NCBI GenBank assembly: GCA_951406725.2 | Contig: CATOCA020000020.1 | Span: 1-64,000, forward strand | DNA length: 64,000 nucleotides | Source of the DNA: Octopus vulgaris | Lineage: Eukaryota | Direction of reading: 5' to 3' | Shown here: positions 58,607-64,000 of the stretch, piece after piece | Layout: the number at the start of each line of letters is the position of its first letter | How positions within the stretch are numbered: position 1 is the stretch's first letter | Notes under the pieces: model-generated | The model's input: only the letters and a program-made list of their open reading frames with translations | Databases searched by the model: none | What the model was told of the DNA's origin: nothing | Program-made: the position numbers and the translations under genes

Positions 58607-61600
58607 TCACAGGCGAAACCTGAGAACTGGTCCATTTATACAGGCCAGTCTCGCACAATTCACCCACCTTTCATAAAACTTGCTATCGGACAGCACTTTC
58701 CTCTCTAACCTCATCTTCCTTTTCAAGTGAAACTTGAAAAAGTTGATGAGGCCTTGACCAAAGAGGAAAGTGTCTGACTTTAGCCCTTTCAAACGAGTCC
58801 ACCACACGACTTCTTTCGCCACAGCCACAAGGCACAAGAAAACGGCCTCGCCCTCCTTGTTAAAGGAGGTCGGCGGGGCAATCTTCACTATGGATTCGGC
58901 CGATAGTCGGATCCGTCCTACACGTGACAGTAGCTGTTCGACATAAACCCATATTTCAGCAATACTCGGGCACTGGACGAGTGCGTGCAGAACGGTTTCG
59001 TCGTCCTGGCAACACCTCGGGCAGGCCCGGCTGACGGCACTTCCGTGCCGGTAGAGTTTATCTCGAACAGGCAGAGCCCCTCGGTAGCACTGCCAGGCGA
59101 GAGACCTCTGGAAATTATCCATCGGCCCCGGCCCGAAAGTCCTCCCGAACAGACCGCTCAGTTCGTCGTCTTCAACGCCTAGAGTTTCCCCGAGAACGTC
59201 GTCGCATTTTTCCTCCACTAACCCTCTATAGAACGCTAGAGTGGAGCTGTAACCGACCGCATTGCCCGCCTGGTGGAGGGCGGAGAGGGGCTTGACGGCA
59301 CTCGAGGTGCCAAGCGCCCTTTCTCGGTCTACGTTTGATCCAGGTCTGCAGCTCCGTCAAAGAGACGAGCTGCGGAAAATCGCGTCTGACAAAAGACGAC
59401 CACACCTGTTCACCGTCTAGGAAGCGCTTGAGATGCCGCAGCCTGAGCGCATGTCTGCGCAACAGCAACCACGGCATTCCAAGGCCTCCGTTCAGCGGTC
59501 GTTGACAGCAGATGGATCGCCTGACCAGTGGCACCTGACCCTTCCACAAAAAGTCGAAGAGCAGGTGTACCAGCTTGGCCAACCAGCGGTCGGGACAAGG
59601 GACGACGGTCAAGCGGTAATAGATGACGGATGCGATGTACGCATTCGCCACCTCCGCTCGACCTTTCAGGGACAGCTTCCTCTCGGCCCATTTCTGGGTG
59701 AGACGTGCCACCCTGCTCGTCACCTCTTCCCAGTTCTTATCCACCTGGAGGTCCGGACCGAACCAGACCCCGAGCAGTTTAACGGGTCCGTCTGTCCAGC
59801 GCCCTACGACGCTGTTGGACGGCATGGGCTTGCCTCTCCAGGTGCCCAGTTGCAAGCCCACAGACTTTTCCGCGTTAATCTTTGCCCCTGTCACCGCTTC
59901 GTACTGGTTTAGCGTCTCGCCAATCAGGCCAATGTGCCTGTGGCTCGACACCACCACGGTGACGTCGTCGGCATAAGCAGACACGCTGTTTCCGCCTCCT
60001 AGATCGCGCGGGATGCCCCTCAAAGCCTCCAACTTGCGCAGTAATGGCTCGAGAGTCAAAATGTACAAGAGGGAGGAGAGAGGGCATCCTTGGCGGACCG
60101 AACGCGAGATGTCGAACGGTTCCGAAAGGTGACCGTTCACCCGTATCACCGAGCAGATGTTGCTGTATAAAGCAGCGATCCACCCGCGGAAGACTGGACC
60201 GAAGCCGGCTGCCTTGAGGACAGCTGCCAGGTACCGATGGTCGACCCTATCGAAGGCTTTACTCTGATCCAAGTTGATCAAAGCCCCACCCGCGCCAGCG
60301 TCGTTACCCACCCTCTCTATGATGTAGCGCATGAGATGGAGGTTGTCGTGTATCGACCTGGTCGGCACGGCGCATGTCTGCGTCCCGCCGACCAGCTTGT
60401 CCACGACAAGCGCCAATCTCTTGGCTAGCACCTTGGCCAAAATCTTCAACTCTGCATTGAGCAGAGTGATGGGCCGGAAATTGCCTATAACGTCCCCCTT
60501 GTTTGGGTCCTTCTTTAGCAAAGCCACCACCCCTCGACAGACAAAAGCAGGAATTCTCCCGTTTTGCTGCCAGTTGCAGTAGACGTTTGCCAACAGGTCC
60601 GCAAACAAGTCTGGCATTGAAAAGTAAAGCTCGTAGGGCAGACCATCCAAACCCGGCGATCTACCTCTCGTGCAACTCTTCATCGCTTCCTGTACTTCCC
60701 AGGCAGATATCGGTCCTTCGCAGCACTCTGCCTCGCTGTCCGAGAGTTGCGGCAGTCCGTCCAGGTACACACCGAAGTCTGTACCGTTGGTGTCCGTTCC
60801 ACCGCTCGTCCCAAACAGTTGAGCAAAGTGCCGCTGAAGTACCGTACACATCTGCTTCGGTTGGGTAACCTCGCGCCCGTTCTGGTCCACCAAAGACCGA
60901 ATGGTTGCTCTGTTGCCTCGCTTCGCCTCCGCCACGCGGGCCCATCGAGCGGCTCTAGTCCCCTCCCCGCTTAGCGAACGTGCCTTAGCTCTGACAACGC
61001 AGCCTTCGTGTTTGGCGTCGAAGTGTTGGTCGAGGGCCAACCTTGCCGCCAACACGTCGGTCGCGATGCCAGTGTCAAGAGCCTCGTCTAGTTTCTTAAC
61101 TAAATCCCGCTCTCTCTTCCTACGTTCAATAGCTAGAGTCTTACTATACCTAATCGACTCTACTCTAATTGCTCTCTTGAGGGCAAACCACCAGTTGTTG
61201 TTGATGATTGCCCCCGTGAGCGCCCGCTTAACTAGTAAACTAATCCGGTCTCTGTAAGCTTTGCACGCCGTTAACGACGCGTTCAGCTTCCAGTAGCCGG
61301 GTCCCTGTCTATGTAGCCTATCTAAGTCGACCGTACAGATCACTAATTTGTGGTCCGTATATTCGACTAGGTGGAATTGTGGACACCCTACGCTGTCCTT
61401 ATCCGCTGGCCTACAAAACACTCTATCTAAGTACGATCTAGACGACCCGATGCGGTTTGTCCAAGTCCACATTGGCACATTCGGGTTGTCTAGTCGAAAC
61501 CTGTCGGACAGCTGAAAGCGGCCGAGTAGGTTGGCGAGCTCTTGCACCCACCCCCTCTCCTATCAGACGCTCCCCTGCCCACCCGATCGAAACGTTCGTC

Positions 61601-62041
61601 TAAGACAGCGTTCCAATCCCCAACTAGTACTAGAGTGCGTGACGTTCCCAGGAAAACTTCCAGACGTTTGAAATAATCCGACTGCCCTGCTCCTGTCGGA
61701 GCGTAGGCAGCCAGCAGTCTGAAAGCACCGCCGTCACTACCGTCGACGTCGAGGACCACCAACTTACCTTCCGGATCCAAGAAGACTGTCCTTATTTTCA
61801 GGTCCAGGCCCTTCCGAAACAACACCGCAGTACCACCACCGCCCGCTCCCGGCCGACACGGAGATAGAAATATCTCGTATCCGCCGAAAAGGGCTGCGAG
61901 TTCCTGCGGGTCGGAGAGCCTGGTTTCACTGATGGCTGCTACATCCACATCATGAAACCTCAGGTCGTTTAACAGGTGACCCTGTTTCCAAGGTGACCCG
62001 AGGCCTCTCACATTCAAGCAACCGATTCTAAGATTTGCCAT
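58607..62041 (-). CDS. ORF2 with two 1-bp frameshifts (near 59290 and 61538)
   Basis: Split into 61490..62041, 59226..61547, 58607..59218. Confidence 0.85.
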
Positions 62042-62082
62042 GTCTCAAAATTAGGGGGAAAAAAAGGAGAAAAAAAAAGGCT

Positions 62083-62908
62083 CTACTTACTGTTGTTGGT
62101 GGTGGGGGTGGCTCCCTTGTGCTTTTGCACGGGTGCTTCCACAATGTTTTTGTAAAGTTTCTTCGAGAAACTTTTCCTAGCGATCCCACATCGTTAGGGA
62201 ATATTTGTTTGATTTCATTGTACATATGTTTTGCATTTATTTTTATTGTGAGAATGTGTGCTGGTGGTGTGTTTTGTGTTGGTATTATGAAATCTGTTAT
62301 ATTTGTGCTTGTTTTGTTTTTCAAGTACTCAACCAGTTCCTGGTTTCTTGTATTCACTGCTGTAATCGTGTCTGTAATTGTGTCTGTGTGTGTTTGTGTC
62401 TGTGGTAGTGGCAGTAGTGGTGTCGAAAGTGTTGTTGTTGTTGTTTGTTGTTGTGAGTGTGTGTTGTTGTTGATGTTGTTGTTGATGTTGGGAAGCACTA
62501 TTTGTTCGTGCTTCCCCTGTAAAATCTTTTTGTTTTCTTCCTCCTTTTCTTTTTGGAGGTACTATATTCCATTCTCCTTTGTTGGAATCAGAGCTCGCAC
62601 AATCAAAGAGATCTCTTCATCCGGCAAAGGAATGGTTGAGGTCTTCTTCAGTAGCAGGACGAAAAGTTTCTGGTTCCACCGGTATCGGTGGTGCCGCTGC
62701 TCCTGTTACTGTTGATGTCGCTGCTGTCGACCTTCGAGGTACTGGTGTCGGTGTTGGTTTGGTGGTGGTTGTCGGTGTTGGTTTGGTGGTGGTTGTTGTT
62801 GTTGGAGGTGGTGTTGTTCGTCTTGGTGCTGGTGTTGGTGATGGTGTTGGTGGTGTGGCAGCCTTTGGTTTTTCTTGCTGTTTTTGTTGTTTCTGTTGTT
62901 GTTGCTTG

Positions 62909-62948
<40 letters not shown>

Positions 62949-62970
62949 GCTATGCTGCTGCCTCTTGCTG
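62083..62970 (-). pseudogene. ORF1 C-terminal half, error-rich
   Basis: Matches ORF1 from the polyQ tract to ...TNNSK stop, with several indels. Confidence 0.7.
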
Positions 62971-62974
62971 GCTT

Positions 62975-64000
62975 CTCCATCACCAACACCTTTTAGGTGG
63001 CACCAAGACGAGCAACATTTTGGCCTCAACAACAACAACCACCACCAAACCAGCACCTGACAACCACCACCAAGCCAACACCGACACCAGGTACCTCGAA
63101 GGTCGACAGCAGCGATCATCAGCAGTTGAATACCCAGGAGCAGCGGCACCAGTTCTTTTCTCGATACCGGTGGAACCATTCAGAATACTTTTCGTCCTGC
63201 TACTGCCGCTCAGACCCGCAGAACCATTCCTTTGCCAGTCGGGGAAGAGATCTCGGATTGTGCGAGCTATGATTCCAACAAGGAAAATGTGATACCTTAG
63301 TGCCTCAAGAAAAAGGTACGTCGAAGAAACAAAAAGAGGTTTACAGTTCATTTTGCACGAAGGGCGAAATAGTGCGTTCGCCAACATGCAACAAGCAACA
63401 ACAACAAGCACACACTCACACAACAACAAATCAACAACAACAACACTTGTCGACACCACTACTGCCACTGGCCACACACACAAATGGGCACACACAGACA
63501 CAATTACATCAATAAACACAAACTGAACCAAAAACCCCAGTGGAGTACTTAAAAAACAAAATCTAGTACAAGACTTTATAGATTGTTCTTTTGCTTGTTT
63601 CTTGTGAGTTGTTGGTGTGTTGACCAACACAAAACACACAAGTTCACACATTCTCACAATAAAAATAAATGCAAAATCATATGATGAAATCAAACAAATT
63701 TATGTCCCTAACGATGTGGGATCGCTAGGGAAAAGTTTCTCGAAGAAACTTTGCTATAAAAACAATGAAGCACCCGTGCAAAAGCACAGAGGCCACCCCA
63801 CCACCAACAACAGTAAGTAGAGCCTTTTACAGTTTCTCCTTTGTTGGTCCCCTACTTTGAGACATGTGTCTGTTATAATCTTAGAATCGGTTGCTTGAAT
63901 GTGAGAGGCCTCAGGTCACCTTCAGAAACAGGGTCACCTGTTAAACGACCTGAGGGGGTTTCAAGATGTGGATGTAGCAGCCATCAGTGAAACCCAGGCT
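62975..64000 (+). mobile_element. Inverted, highly degraded copy of ORF1 C-terminal half plus start of ORF2 (probable fold-back artefact)
   Basis: Plus strand carries reverse-complement matches to 61920-62850, for example caacagtaagtagagcc at ~63810 and cttagaatcggttgcttgaatgtgagaggcc at ~63880; ORF 63617..63820 ends in PTTNNSK. Confidence 0.8.

Larger units (their letters stand above)
1..62970 (-). repeat. Head-to-tail tandem array of a ~5.87-kb Tx1/L1-type non-LTR retrotransposon (about 10.7 units)
   Basis: The same ORF set recurs with a period of 5859-5878 bp (ORF2 starts at 3357, 9216, 15078, 20947, 26817, 32684, 38552, 44427, 50293, 56163, 62041). The same junction sequence separates all units. 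Confidence 0.97.
58307..62970 (-). mobile_element. Non-LTR retrotransposon unit 11, interrupted in ORF1 at the polyQ tract
   Basis: 3' UTR, ORF2 and the C-terminal half of ORF1 are present; collinearity is lost at about 62970. Confidence 0.9.

Noticed and set aside
1-62970. LTR retrotransposon or DNA transposon interpretation
   Set aside because: No long terminal repeats, terminal inverted repeats, integrase, protease or transposase motifs.

Overview
The whole window is eukaryotic repeat DNA: a head-to-tail tandem array of one ~5.87-kb non-LTR retrotransposon of the L1/Tx1 type, all copies on the minus strand. There are 9 complete units, a partial unit at each end, and a noisy inverted segment from ~62975 to the end. 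Each unit, read on the minus strand, has a ~220-nt 5' UTR with two hairpins; ORF1 (~620 aa: RRM-like region, one CCHC knuckle, polyQ and Pro/Thr tracts, NLS-like motif); a ~39-nt pyrimidine spacer; ORF2 (1144 aa: APE endonuclease, reverse transcriptase, C-terminal CCHC finger); a ~280-nt 3' UTR with AATAAA; and an (ATT)5-6 tract that directly abuts the 5' end of the next unit. Six ORF2 copies are fully open. Every ORF1 copy has small frameshifts, mostly at homopolymers or microsatellites, which look like long-read consensus errors. Main points of interest: (i) all 10 junctions are full length and spacer-free, suggesting a self-targeting or array-forming element whose (ATT)n tail may double as target site and initiator; (ii) a cluster of nine sense-strand A-to-G changes with ADAR-like neighbour preference at positions 13-44; (iii) two divergent ORF1 types on an almost identical ORF2. 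Copy-level variation is partly unreliable because there are signs of consensus blending between haplotypes and a probable fold-back artefact at the right end. No host genes, RNA genes or prokaryotic systems were seen. The host is not determinable with certainty; the 3' UTR resembles, from memory only, repeats common in octopus genomes.
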